Positions 48,579-57,291 of a DNA stretch of 64,000 nt are shown here, one piece after another. Positions within the stretch are counted from its first letter, which is position 1; every line of letters starts with the position of its first letter. The notes under the pieces are model-generated. The model was not told where the DNA came from. It saw only the letters and a list, made by a program, of their open reading frames with translations, and did no database searches. A program made the position numbers and the translations under genes. The stretch is taken from NCBI GenBank assembly GCA_035402805.1, contig DAONDY010000001.1, forward strand, positions 84,098 through 148,097, given 5' to 3'. The DNA is from Candidatus Woesebacteria bacterium (lineage in GTDB: Bacteria; Patescibacteriota; Microgenomatia; UBA12405).

Positions 48579-50036
48579 ATGATAAAATTAGCCATGATCG
48601 ACAATAAAAATACCAGAACTCGTATTGCCCCCAGTCCAACAGGTGAATATCATGTTGGCCATCTTCGTACTTGTCTTTACGACTATGCGTTAGCCAAAAA
48701 GTACAACGGACAATTTATTATCAGAATTGAAGATACTGACCAAAAAAGATTTGTCGAGGGTTCGGCTGAAAGAACTTTGCAAGTGATTAAGGATTATGGT
48801 CTTTCATGGGATGAAGGTCCAGACGTTGGTGGTCCTTATAGTCCTTATATTCAAACCCAAAGATTGGAAATCTATCAAAAATATATCAAAGAATTAATTG
48901 ATAAAGGTTTTGCTTATTATTGTTTTTGCACCCAAGAAAGATTAGATAGTCTTCGTGCCACTCAAAAGGCGCAAAAACTTATTCCTCGTTATGATCAACA
49001 TTGTTTAACTTTATCCAAAGAAGAAATCGATCAAAAACTTAAAGATGGTATTCCTTATGTCGTCCGAATGAAAATTCCTAAGAATGAAACCATAATTTTT
49101 GAAGATTTAATTCGAGGCAAAATAAAATTCAATACCAACGAAGTTGATGATCAGGTATTAATCAAATCGAATGGTATTCCAACCTATCATTTTGCCGCCG
49201 TTGTTGATGATCACCTAATGAATATTTCTCATGTTTTCCGTGGCGAAGAATGGCTCACTTCCACTCCAAAACATCTTTTACTCTATCGATACTTTGGTTG
49301 GGAAGCTCCACAATTTGCCCATCTTACGGTTTTATTAAACCCAGATGGCAAAGGTAAACTAAGCAAACGTCATGGCGCCACTTCAGCTAGATCATTTTTA
49401 GAAGATGGTTATTTACCCGAAGCTATGCTTAATTTTTTAATGTTTTTAGGTTGGAATCCTGGTGATAATCGAGAATTTTTCACTCTTGAAGAATTTGTTC
49501 AAGCTTTTAGTATTGATCATCTTCATAAAAAATCCCCAGTTTTCGATCGCAAAAAATTAGATTATTTTAATGGTTATTATATTCGCAGGTTGGATGATCA
49601 AAAAATATTCGATTATTTCAAAAAATTTTTACCTCAAGCTTCAAATGAACAAATAAAAATTTTAATTCCAGTTTTAAAAGAAAGATTAGTAAAATTTTCT
49701 GATCTTCCCGTTCAAACAAAATTTTTATTTGAAGATGTCGACTACGACAAAGATCTGTTACTCAAAAAGGGGACTGATTCTAAATTAGCTATCGATATGT
49801 TAAATAAAACAAAAGAATTATTATCTACTTTAAAAACTTTTGACTTTATAACTTTACAAACTTGTTTGATGAATTTAATTTCATCAAACGGCTGGAATAC
49901 TGGTGAATTCTTTATGGTTTTTCGAGTCGCCATTTGCGGTACTATCTTTACTCCTCCGGTGGTAGAATGTCTTCCAGCTTTAGGTCTAGAAAAAACTTTA
50001 CACAAAATAGATATTGCCATCTCTAAATTAAATTAG
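48579..50036 (+). CDS. gltX: Glutamate--tRNA ligase
   Basis: The class I HIGH-type motif (PSPTGEYHVGH) and KLSKR are present. Confidence 0.93.
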   Translation: MIKLAMIDNKNTRTRIAPSPTGEYHVGHLRTCLYDYALAKKYNGQFIIRIEDTDQKRFVEGSAERTLQVIKDYGLSWDEGPDVGGPYSPYIQTQRLEIYQKYIKELIDKGFAYYCFCTQERLDSLRATQKAQKLIPRYDQHCLTLSKEEIDQKLKDGIPYVVRMKIPKNETIIFEDLIRGKIKFNTNEVDDQVLIKSNGIPTYHFAAVVDDHLMNISHVFRGEEWLTSTPKHLLLYRYFGWEAPQFAHLTVLLNPDGKGKLSKRHGATSARSFLEDGYLPEAMLNFLMFLGWNPGDNREFFTLEEFVQAFSIDHLHKKSPVFDRKKLDYFNGYYIRRLDDQKIFDYFKKFLPQASNEQIKILIPVLKERLVKFSDLPVQTKFLFEDVDYDKDLLLKKGTDSKLAIDMLNKTKELLSTLKTFDFITLQTCLMNLISSNGWNTGEFFMVFRVAICGTIFTPPVVECLPALGLEKTLHKIDIAISKLN

Positions 50037-50056
50037 TAATCTGTTACACTTTTATT

Positions 50057-50803
50057 GTGTTAATCATATTACTTCTAATTTTTTTGTTATTTCCTCATCA
50101 AACTTTTGCTGCTCCGATTGTCTCTATTGTTGATTTTCCCGAAACCGTAATTGCTGGAAATATTTTTAATGTTACTTTTTCTATTTCTTCTGTCACCCCG
50201 GGAATGATTTATCACTACAAAGTTGTTGGTGATGGAAATTCCGAAATTTTAACCCAACCAAATACTAGTTGTGCTGGTAATTATGAGTTATGTGAAAATA
50301 TTAATATTGCCACAGATTCGGCTAACATTGCCACTGCTTCTGGTAAACTCAATCTCGTTTCTGGAATTTATAATTTAAAAATAAGAATCGCTCAAGGAGA
50401 CAAGCACACTTCAACTTATAACAGTGACATTGTTTCTCTAAACTCAGTTTTACCTACACCCACTCCGACCCTTATTCCGACTAACACTCCAGCTCCCACC
50501 AACACACCTATTCCAACCAATACACCTGCCCCGACCAATACTCCCAGTCCCACGAATACTCCGACCATTATTCCTACAAAGATATTAACTCCAACCTCTA
50601 CTCCAATTGAAAATATTGTTCCTACCCCAGATCAAAATATTTCTAGTGAATTAATCGAAAACTCCACTCCTACACCAGAATCTGTTTTGGGTGTTACCGC
50701 TAATTCTGATAAAAAAAATTACTTACCTTTGATTTTTATTTGTCTTGGTGCTTTATTTTTGTTAACCCCATTGATAATTGCTAAAATTAAACATGAAGTT
50801 TAA
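50057..50803 (+). CDS. Secreted surface protein with Pro/Thr-rich PTNTPx repeats and C-terminal hydrophobic anchor
   Basis: A signal peptide and a beta-rich domain are followed by PTNTPA/PTNTPI/PTNTPA/PTNTPS/PTNTPT repeats and a C-terminal TM plus KIKHEV. Confidence 0.7.
   Translation: MLIILLLIFLLFPHQTFAAPIVSIVDFPETVIAGNIFNVTFSISSVTPGMIYHYKVVGDGNSEILTQPNTSCAGNYELCENINIATDSANIATASGKLNLVSGIYNLKIRIAQGDKHTSTYNSDIVSLNSVLPTPTPTLIPTNTPAPTNTPIPTNTPAPTNTPSPTNTPTIIPTKILTPTSTPIENIVPTPDQNISSELIENSTPTPESVLGVTANSDKKNYLPLIFICLGALFLLTPLIIAKIKHEV
50477..50566 (+). repeat. 5 x 18-nt imperfect tandem repeats encoding PTNTPx
   Basis: The five units (ccgactaacactccagct, cccaccaacacacctatt, ccaaccaatacacctgcc, ccgaccaatactcccagt, cccacgaatactccgacc) are visible. 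Confidence 0.8.
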
Positions 50804-51161
50804 TAAAATAATCAAATTTATTCCGTCTATTATTTGGATGATTGTAATTTTTTATTTTTCTTCACGTTCTACTACTGGTATTGGCACTAATAAAACTAAT
50901 CGTTTTTTAATTTTAAAATCATTTCACATTATCGAATATGCCTTTTTGGTTTTTCTAATTTTATTTGCCATCTCTAAAAAAAAGCTGTCAATTTTTATTG
51001 CCTATTTATACGCCATTTCAGATGAATTTCACCAATCTTTTGTTCTTGGTCGTACCGGCCGTTTTCGTGATACCTTAATTGATTTAATTGGAATTTTTAT
51101 TGGTGCCTATCTTTTTGGGAAATTTTTAAATTTGAAAAATAAAAATAAATTATCTTCTTGA
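50793..51161 (+). CDS. VanZ-like family membrane protein
   Basis: It has TM helices and an ISDEFHQSFVLGRTGRFRD motif. Confidence 0.7.
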   Translation: MKFNKIIKFIPSIIWMIVIFYFSSRSTTGIGTNKTNRFLILKSFHIIEYAFLVFLILFAISKKKLSIFIAYLYAISDEFHQSFVLGRTGRFRDTLIDLIGIFIGAYLFGKFLNLKNKNKLSS

Positions 51162-51218
51162 CGATATTTTAAAAAGTAGTTTTAATGTATATCTGTTACA
51201 CATTAAAATTAACTCGTC

Positions 51219-51824
51219 ATGAAAAAAATATTTTTAAGTTTAGCCATTATTGTAGTCGTTAGTGGTTTTTGTATTTCTTTAACTAAAGCTTATTTTAGTG
51301 ATAAGAAAACAAGTAACGGTAATAAATTTATTGTTGGGACCCTCAATTTGGAAGTTGGTGATTCTCAAAATAAACAAGTTGAACCATTTGTAATTTCTGA
51401 TTTAGGTAGCAGTAAAATCACTGGACAAAAATTATGGAAACTTAAAAATGTTGGTACTTTACCTGGCAAACTCACCATCGATCTTGGCAATATCATTAAT
51501 AATGAAAATGGTTGCAATACTCCAGAAAGTGAAGTTGATCAAACTTGTGGCAATCCGGGAATTAATGAAGGAGAGTTAGGTAATGTTATCAGTGCTAATT
51601 TCTATGTTAACAACGTTTCTAAAGTCACTGCCAATTTAAACCAAAGCGGATCAGAAAGTTTAATTAATTACTGGAACAACGAAGCAAACTCTTTTGTCTT
51701 AGATCCAAATCAGGAAATAGAATTAAAAATGGAATGGTTTGAATCAGATATTTATGGCAACGAAATTCAAAGTGATAGCTTAGCCTTCGATATCAATTTT
51801 AGTCTCCAACAAATAAGTAATTAG
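51219..51824 (+). CDS. SipW-cognate-class signal peptide secreted protein (TasA/camelysin-like)
   Basis: The signal region KAYFSDKKTSNGNKFIVGTLNLEV matches the A-x-FSD...N-x-F-x-x-GTL-x-L pattern; it lies directly upstream of the SipW-type peptidase. Confidence 0.65.
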   Translation: MKKIFLSLAIIVVVSGFCISLTKAYFSDKKTSNGNKFIVGTLNLEVGDSQNKQVEPFVISDLGSSKITGQKLWKLKNVGTLPGKLTIDLGNIINNENGCNTPESEVDQTCGNPGINEGELGNVISANFYVNNVSKVTANLNQSGSESLINYWNNEANSFVLDPNQEIELKMEWFESDIYGNEIQSDSLAFDINFSLQQISN

Positions 51825-51826
51825 TT

Positions 51827-52309
51827 ATGAATTTCGTTTTTAAGTTTTTTGGTTTATTTATAACCTTTTCATTACTTTTTATCACTGGGTTTTTTCTATT
51901 TTCCCAATTAAATTTTTTTGGAAATTATAAAATTTTTTTAGTCCAATCGGGCTCTATGTCACCTACCATTAATACTGGTGATCTAGTCGTGGTTAAACCT
52001 AGTTTAAAATACAAAAAAGGTGATGTTGTTACCTTTTTATCAAAGACCAATTTTAATACCACTCATCGCATTATTTCTATTAATAATAATCAAATAGAAA
52101 CGAAAGGTGATGCCAATAAAACTTCCGATCAAGAACAAATTAATCCAAGTAAAATTATTGGCAAAGTTTTTTACATTATTCCTTATTTTGGTCGTTTAAT
52201 TATGTTTGTAAAAAGTCTTCCAGGGTTAATTACCTTAATAATTATTCCTTCTACAATTATTGTTTATCGTGAATTTATCCAGATAAAACAAACATTAAAA
52301 AGTAAATAG
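51827..52309 (+). CDS. sipW: Signal peptidase I, archaeal/ER type (SipW-like, S26B)
   Basis: An N-terminal TM is followed by VQSGSMSPTINTGDLVVVK and a conserved H (TTHRIIS). Confidence 0.8.
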   Translation: MNFVFKFFGLFITFSLLFITGFFLFSQLNFFGNYKIFLVQSGSMSPTINTGDLVVVKPSLKYKKGDVVTFLSKTNFNTTHRIISINNNQIETKGDANKTSDQEQINPSKIIGKVFYIIPYFGRLIMFVKSLPGLITLIIIPSTIIVYREFIQIKQTLKSK

Positions 52310-52316
52310 TAGTCAT

Positions 52317-52871
52317 ATGTTGCCCGTATTATTTTTAATATTTGTTTTTAGTTTAATTTTAATTACTCCCACCAATGCTGACTTTGTCTACAAAACAACT
52401 ATAAAAAATAATCAGCTATCTGTTAGCACTTTTGATTTTTCTCAATTAAAAACCACCAACAATTCTTCGGTTGATAATTTATTTAATATTAACGGAATAT
52501 CACCTGGTGGTTATCAGGTAAACACTTTGAGACTCAAAAATCAGGGTTCAACAAATTTCAACTACATCATAAATTTTGAGAAAATTAATGGAGATGACAA
52601 TTTTTGTCGTCAATTAGAAATTAATTTTAATAAAAGTGGTCAATCACAATATCAGGGTCCCATTACCGATCTTAACGTCACCTCTTCTATAGACAAAGAT
52701 CAAAATTTTTCCGACTGGTTACTCTATTTAAAACTAAAAGATAATTATTTGAGTTCTAAGCCAGAATTTTGTGAATTTAATTTGGTGGTTAATGGCTCTA
52801 ATGTTGATTTAAACCAAAAATCAGGTTTTAAGTACAAAAGAACTATTAGAAATTTAGTCGTCTCCAATTAA
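52317..52871 (+). CDS. Second SipW-cognate-like secreted protein
   Basis: A signal sequence is followed by ADFVYKTTIKNNQLSVSTFDFS (the A-x-F...N...T-x-D pattern), placed downstream of sipW as in a tapA-sipW-tasA arrangement. Confidence 0.5.
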   Translation: MLPVLFLIFVFSLILITPTNADFVYKTTIKNNQLSVSTFDFSQLKTTNNSSVDNLFNINGISPGGYQVNTLRLKNQGSTNFNYIINFEKINGDDNFCRQLEINFNKSGQSQYQGPITDLNVTSSIDKDQNFSDWLLYLKLKDNYLSSKPEFCEFNLVVNGSNVDLNQKSGFKYKRTIRNLVVSN

Positions 52872-52911
52872 TTTCATTTGAAAAACAGAGGATATCCTTT
52901 ATACTGATATT

Positions 52912-53829
52912 GTGTTGAAAAAAAATTGGACTCATTATTTTATTCCTCAAGAAAGAAACAATCATCGAGCCACCCTTTTGAAGCCCAATTTTTTACTTTT
53001 CTTTTTGATTTTATATTTACTTAATCAGTCAATTATTAAGACTCTGATCATAGTTAAACCAGGAGTTCTTGGTTATTCTTCTGAAATTACTTATCAAAAA
53101 GTCTTAGACCAAACCAACAATGAAAGAAAAAATGCTGGTTTAGAACCTTTGACTTATAATCCCGTTTTAACCGCTTCCGCTAAAGCTAAGGCGGAAGATA
53201 TGTTTAAAAATGACTATTGGGCTCACAATTCACCTCAAGGCAAAACGCCTTGGACATTTTTTGATAGTGCCGGTTATAAGTACTCTGTCGCTGGTGAAAA
53301 TTTAGCTAAAGATTTTTATGACACCGATTCTTTGATTAAAGCTTGGATGAATTCTCCCACTCATAAGGCCAATATTATCCACTCAAAATATAAAGAAATT
53401 GGTATTGCTGTTGTAAATGGAACCCTTGGCGGTGTAAAAACGACATTGGTTGTTCAACATTTTGGTACTCCACTTGCAGTCCAATCTGCTCCAAAAACTA
53501 ACGTTGTCAAACAGTCTAATGATGTAGTTGAACCAGAGATGATTAATCAACCCGTTTCAGAAATTATTCCCCAGACTGCAAACATTCCCGAATTAAAAGA
53601 AGCTGAAGTTTTGGCTGGAAATAATGAAAAATTAGTTAGCCCGTTAACTATTAGTAAAATTTTTGGTTCAATTATCTTTGTCTTTTTAGTCATAGTTCTC
53701 TTTGTTGATGGTTTTATTACTTTAAAAAACAACACTCGCCGTCTTACTGGTTCAACAGTAGGCCACATTGGATTTTTAATTTTTATTCTTCTATTAATGA
53801 TTTATAATCAGCAGGGGAGCATCTTTTAA
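52912..53829 (+). CDS. CAP/SCP/PR1-like domain protein with N- and C-terminal TM segments
   Basis: The CAP core is present (NNERKNAGLEPLTYNPVLTASAKAKAEDM...WAHNSP...GENLA...HKANI...EIGIAV). Confidence 0.75.
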   Translation: MLKKNWTHYFIPQERNNHRATLLKPNFLLFFLILYLLNQSIIKTLIIVKPGVLGYSSEITYQKVLDQTNNERKNAGLEPLTYNPVLTASAKAKAEDMFKNDYWAHNSPQGKTPWTFFDSAGYKYSVAGENLAKDFYDTDSLIKAWMNSPTHKANIIHSKYKEIGIAVVNGTLGGVKTTLVVQHFGTPLAVQSAPKTNVVKQSNDVVEPEMINQPVSEIIPQTANIPELKEAEVLAGNNEKLVSPLTISKIFGSIIFVFLVIVLFVDGFITLKNNTRRLTGSTVGHIGFLIFILLLMIYNQQGSIF

Positions 53830-54089
53830 TGATTATTCCAAAAGAAGTTAAACAAAAACCAGTCGAATATTTAACTTTATTATTTAGTCTTATTATTGGA
53901 CTTTTTCTTTATTTTTCTATTGATAATTCTCAGCTAAGAAGATGGATTATTTATGGAGTCGGTATAATTTATTTCTGTTGGAGTCTTTATCATCATTACA
54001 AAAGAGGCGATTTACAGCTATCAATTGTAATTGAATATTTATTGATAATTTTAATCGGAATTATTTTTATTTCTGGAACCCTTTTTTAA
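53829..54089 (+). CDS. Small two-TM membrane protein
   Basis: It is 86 aa with two hydrophobic helices. Confidence 0.45.
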   Translation: MIIPKEVKQKPVEYLTLLFSLIIGLFLYFSIDNSQLRRWIIYGVGIIYFCWSLYHHYKRGDLQLSIVIEYLLIILIGIIFISGTLF

Positions 54090-54753
54090 TTTGCTCTATC
54101 TGCCATTGTTTAATTTTTTTTGGATCACCGCTTACTAAAACTTCAGGAACTTTGTGACCTCTAAATTCTTGAGGTCGGGTATACTGAGGATATTCAATTG
54201 TTCTTATTTTTTTACCATCAATTTCTACTTCAGACCAACTCTCAACTTTGCTAGACTCATTTTTTCCTAAAACTCCCGGTATTAGCCTTGCCACTGCATC
54301 GGTTATCACCATGGCTGGTAATTCACCCCCTGTTAATATATAGTCACCTATCGATATTTCCTCATCTACCATAAAATCAGAGATCCTTTGATCAAATCCT
54401 TCATAATGTCCAGCAACCAAAATTAAATTATCTAATTTAGATAGTTCCTCAGCCTTTTTTTGATCAAACTTTTTTCCTCTAGCCGACATCATAATCACTT
54501 TGGTTTTGCCTTTTAAATTTTTCTTAATTGATTCCAGGGCGTTAAAGACTGGTTCTGGCCTAATTAACATTCCCACATCACCGCCGAAAGGTCTATCATC
54601 AACCGATCCATAATCATCAACAGCCCAATCTCTTAAATTGTTAATTTTTAAATCGATTATTTTATTTTTTATCGCTCTTTGAATTATGCTTTCAGCAAAG
54701 GGTGATTCAAACATTTTTGGGAACAATGTGACAATATTTATCTTCATTACCAA
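54067..54753 (-). CDS. trmD: tRNA (guanine37-N1)-methyltransferase
   Basis: The SPOUT/TrmD core is present (starts MKINIVTLFPKMFE; GGELPAMVITDAVARLIPGVLG). Confidence 0.9.
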   Translation of the reverse strand: MVMKINIVTLFPKMFESPFAESIIQRAIKNKIIDLKINNLRDWAVDDYGSVDDRPFGGDVGMLIRPEPVFNALESIKKNLKGKTKVIMMSARGKKFDQKKAEELSKLDNLILVAGHYEGFDQRISDFMVDEEISIGDYILTGGELPAMVITDAVARLIPGVLGKNESSKVESWSEVEIDGKKIRTIEYPQYTRPQEFRGHKVPEVLVSGDPKKIKQWQIEQIKKGFQK

Positions 54754-54764
54754 TATTTTATCAT

Positions 54765-55979
54765 TTGATATATACTTTTCTTAATATGCAAAATAAAAAC
54801 ATCGCCGTCATTGTTATCCCTACTTATAACGAAGCCGATAATATCGGTAAAATGGTTGAATATTTAAATACCAAAACTTTTCCTAATATAATTGCCAAAA
54901 AAGATGACTTAAATGAAAGCTGGGAAATGAAAATTTTAGTTGTTGATGGAAATTCACCAGATGGCACTGGAAAAGTTGTTGAAAAAGAAGCTAAAAAATA
55001 TAATAATACTTTTCTTTATACCGAAACCAGTAAAGATGGTATTGGAGCTGCTTATCTTAAAGGTTTTAAATATGCTATCGATAAACTGAAGGCTGATTTT
55101 GTTTTCGAATTTGACGGTGATTTTCAACATCCTCCAGAAACTATCCCCTTAATGCTTAAAGCCATGGAAGAAGGCTATGACTACGTTATTGGATCTCGTA
55201 AAATTAAAGGTGGTTCTAATCCCAAAGGTTGGGGTTTTAAAAGAGTTTTCTTTAGTGAAGTTGGTGGTTTTACTGCTAGGTTTTTAATGTTTTTCCCCTT
55301 TAAAAATTTCTTTAAAGTTACCGATCCTACCACTGGATTAAAAGTTACTCGAGTTAAAGGTTTTATAGATAAAATGGATTTGGATTGGAAAGGAGATCGT
55401 CTCTTAACTAAGAGTTTTGGTTATAAACTTCAGCTTCTTTTTGAAACTCTAAAAATGGGAGCTAAATTTAAAGAAGTTCCTCTTCAATTCCATGTTCGTA
55501 ACGCCGGGGAATCAAAGATTGAAGCCAAAACAGCTAAAGATATCTTTCGAGTCGCTTTTTTACTTCGTTGGTATGATGACTTCACTCAAAAATTTTTAAA
55601 ATTTGGAACAGTCGGTTTTGTCGGATATTTAGTTAATGCCTTTTTCTTGGGAGTTTTTTCTAAAACTTGGTCAATTGAATGGCTTTCTTGGCTACTTTCT
55701 ACAGAATTAGCTATTGTTAGTAACTTTACTCTCAATAATATCTGGACATTTAAAAAACAAAGTATCTCCGGTTCTTCGGCCTTAATTAGTAAATTTTTTC
55801 AATTTAATCTCTCCTCCATGGGAGCTTTATTAATCCAGACTATTGCTGGTTCACTTGGTGTTAAATTTTTTGGACCACAATCTCGTCAAATTTTATTACC
55901 GTTTATAATTTTGTTTTTAGTTCTTCCTTATAACTGGTTTATGTACAACACCTTCATTTGGAAAAACAAAAAGAAATAA
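54765..55979 (+). CDS. GT2 polyprenol-phosphate glycosyltransferase fused to GtrA-like membrane domain
   Basis: An N-terminal GT-A fold (VIPTYNEADNI, DGD) is fused to a C-terminal four-TM GtrA-like region. Confidence 0.75.
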   Translation: MIYTFLNMQNKNIAVIVIPTYNEADNIGKMVEYLNTKTFPNIIAKKDDLNESWEMKILVVDGNSPDGTGKVVEKEAKKYNNTFLYTETSKDGIGAAYLKGFKYAIDKLKADFVFEFDGDFQHPPETIPLMLKAMEEGYDYVIGSRKIKGGSNPKGWGFKRVFFSEVGGFTARFLMFFPFKNFFKVTDPTTGLKVTRVKGFIDKMDLDWKGDRLLTKSFGYKLQLLFETLKMGAKFKEVPLQFHVRNAGESKIEAKTAKDIFRVAFLLRWYDDFTQKFLKFGTVGFVGYLVNAFFLGVFSKTWSIEWLSWLLSTELAIVSNFTLNNIWTFKKQSISGSSALISKFFQFNLSSMGALLIQTIAGSLGVKFFGPQSRQILLPFIILFLVLPYNWFMYNTFIWKNKKK

Positions 55980-56021
55980 TTATAGTAAACTATCTTTAGT
56001 TATAAATTAATCTAATTTGAT

Positions 56022-56741
56022 ATGAAAGGAATTATTTTAGCCGGCGGTCGTGCCACCAGACTTCGCCCATTAACATCCATTACTTCTAAGCAACTTCTCC
56101 CGGTTTATAACAAACCAATGATTTATTATCCCATTGAGACTTTAATTAAAGCTGGAATTACTGACATATTAATTATAATTGCTCCAGACTATTCGGGTCA
56201 TTTTTTAAATTTATTAGGTGACGGTAAAGAATTTGGGGCTCGTTTTAATTATGCTGTTCAAAAAGAGCCGAAGGGTTTAGCTGACGCTTTTATTATTGGT
56301 GAAGATTTTATCGATAATGACGACGTTACTATGATTCTTGGTGATAACATCTTTGATCAGGATTTTTCTAATGAAATTAAAAATTTTAAAGGTGGAGCTA
56401 TGGTTTTTGCTAAGCAAGTCGAAGATCCAGAGCGTTTTGGTGTCGTCGAATTCAATAAAGAAATGAAGGCCATTTCTATCGAAGAAAAACCACAAAAACC
56501 AAAAAGTAATTACGCTGTTGTGGGTCTTTATTGTTACGATAATCGCGTCGTCGAGTATGCTAAGAATTTACAACCATCTCCTCGTGGTGAAATTGAAATT
56601 ACCGATCTTAACAATATTTATCTCAAAAATGGTGAAATGAAAGTAAATATTTTCGACACTCTCTGGGAAGATGCCGGTACTTTTGATTCTCTTTTAAGGG
56701 TATCCAATATAATGGCCCAAAAAGACCAATCAAAAAAATAA
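56022..56741 (+). CDS. rmlA: Glucose-1-phosphate thymidylyltransferase (short form)
   Basis: The [35 protein letters not shown] signature is present. Confidence 0.85.
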   Translation: MKGIILAGGRATRLRPLTSITSKQLLPVYNKPMIYYPIETLIKAGITDILIIIAPDYSGHFLNLLGDGKEFGARFNYAVQKEPKGLADAFIIGEDFIDNDDVTMILGDNIFDQDFSNEIKNFKGGAMVFAKQVEDPERFGVVEFNKEMKAISIEEKPQKPKSNYAVVGLYCYDNRVVEYAKNLQPSPRGEIEITDLNNIYLKNGEMKVNIFDTLWEDAGTFDSLLRVSNIMAQKDQSKK

Positions 56742-56760
56742 TTGTGTTACTATAGTTAAT

Positions 56761-57291
56761 ATGACTCAAAATACTGATCTTTGTCCAAAATGTGGTGCTC
56801 CATTAAGTGATGTGGTTGAAACACCCACTGGTCGACGTCTCCAACGCTGTTCCCAAGGTTCTTGGAACTCTCAGACTCATAAAACTGAAGGTTGTGACTA
56901 TGTCAAATGGCTTGAAGTTGAACCCCAACAATTAGATGAAAAATGTCCCAAGTGTGGTGCTCCTTTAGTTCTTCAGGTCACTCGTTTTGGTAAAAAAATG
57001 AAAAAATGTAGCGCTGGAACTTGGAATAAGGAAACTAAAAAAGTTGATGGTTGTGATTATGTTGAGTGGATTAATGGGACTACTGAAAATTTAGACGAAA
57101 AATGCCCAAAATGCGGTGCTCCTTTAGTTCTTTTTACTACCGTTAATGGTAAAAAAATGAAGAAATGTTCTACTTCGGGTTGGGACAGGGAAGCTAAAAA
57201 AGCGACTGGTTGCGATTATATTCTTTGGTTAAAAGCAAATCAGGTTTCTAGCGACTCTGGTGAAGAATATTTACCTCCAGAAGAATTTTAA
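56761..57291 (+). CDS. Triple topoisomerase-type zinc-ribbon protein (YrdD-like)
   Basis: It has three tandem ~53-aa repeats of the form CPKCGAPL...KC...W...GCDY..W, each with four Cys. Confidence 0.7.
   Translation: MTQNTDLCPKCGAPLSDVVETPTGRRLQRCSQGSWNSQTHKTEGCDYVKWLEVEPQQLDEKCPKCGAPLVLQVTRFGKKMKKCSAGTWNKETKKVDGCDYVEWINGTTENLDEKCPKCGAPLVLFTTVNGKKMKKCSTSGWDREAKKATGCDYILWLKANQVSSDSGEEYLPPEEF
56782..57270 (+). repeat. Intragenic tandem repeat (162 + 159 + ~165 nt units) encoding the three zinc ribbons
   Basis: The unit boundaries fall at 56782, 56944 and 57103; units 2 and 3 are highly similar at the nucleotide level. Confidence 0.75.

Noticed and set aside
50477-57270. Tandem repeats as possible CRISPR arrays
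   Set aside because: Both repeat sets are in-frame coding repeats (PTNTPx and zinc-ribbon units) without spacer-like unique intervening sequences. No cas genes are present, and no other regularly spaced repeats were seen.
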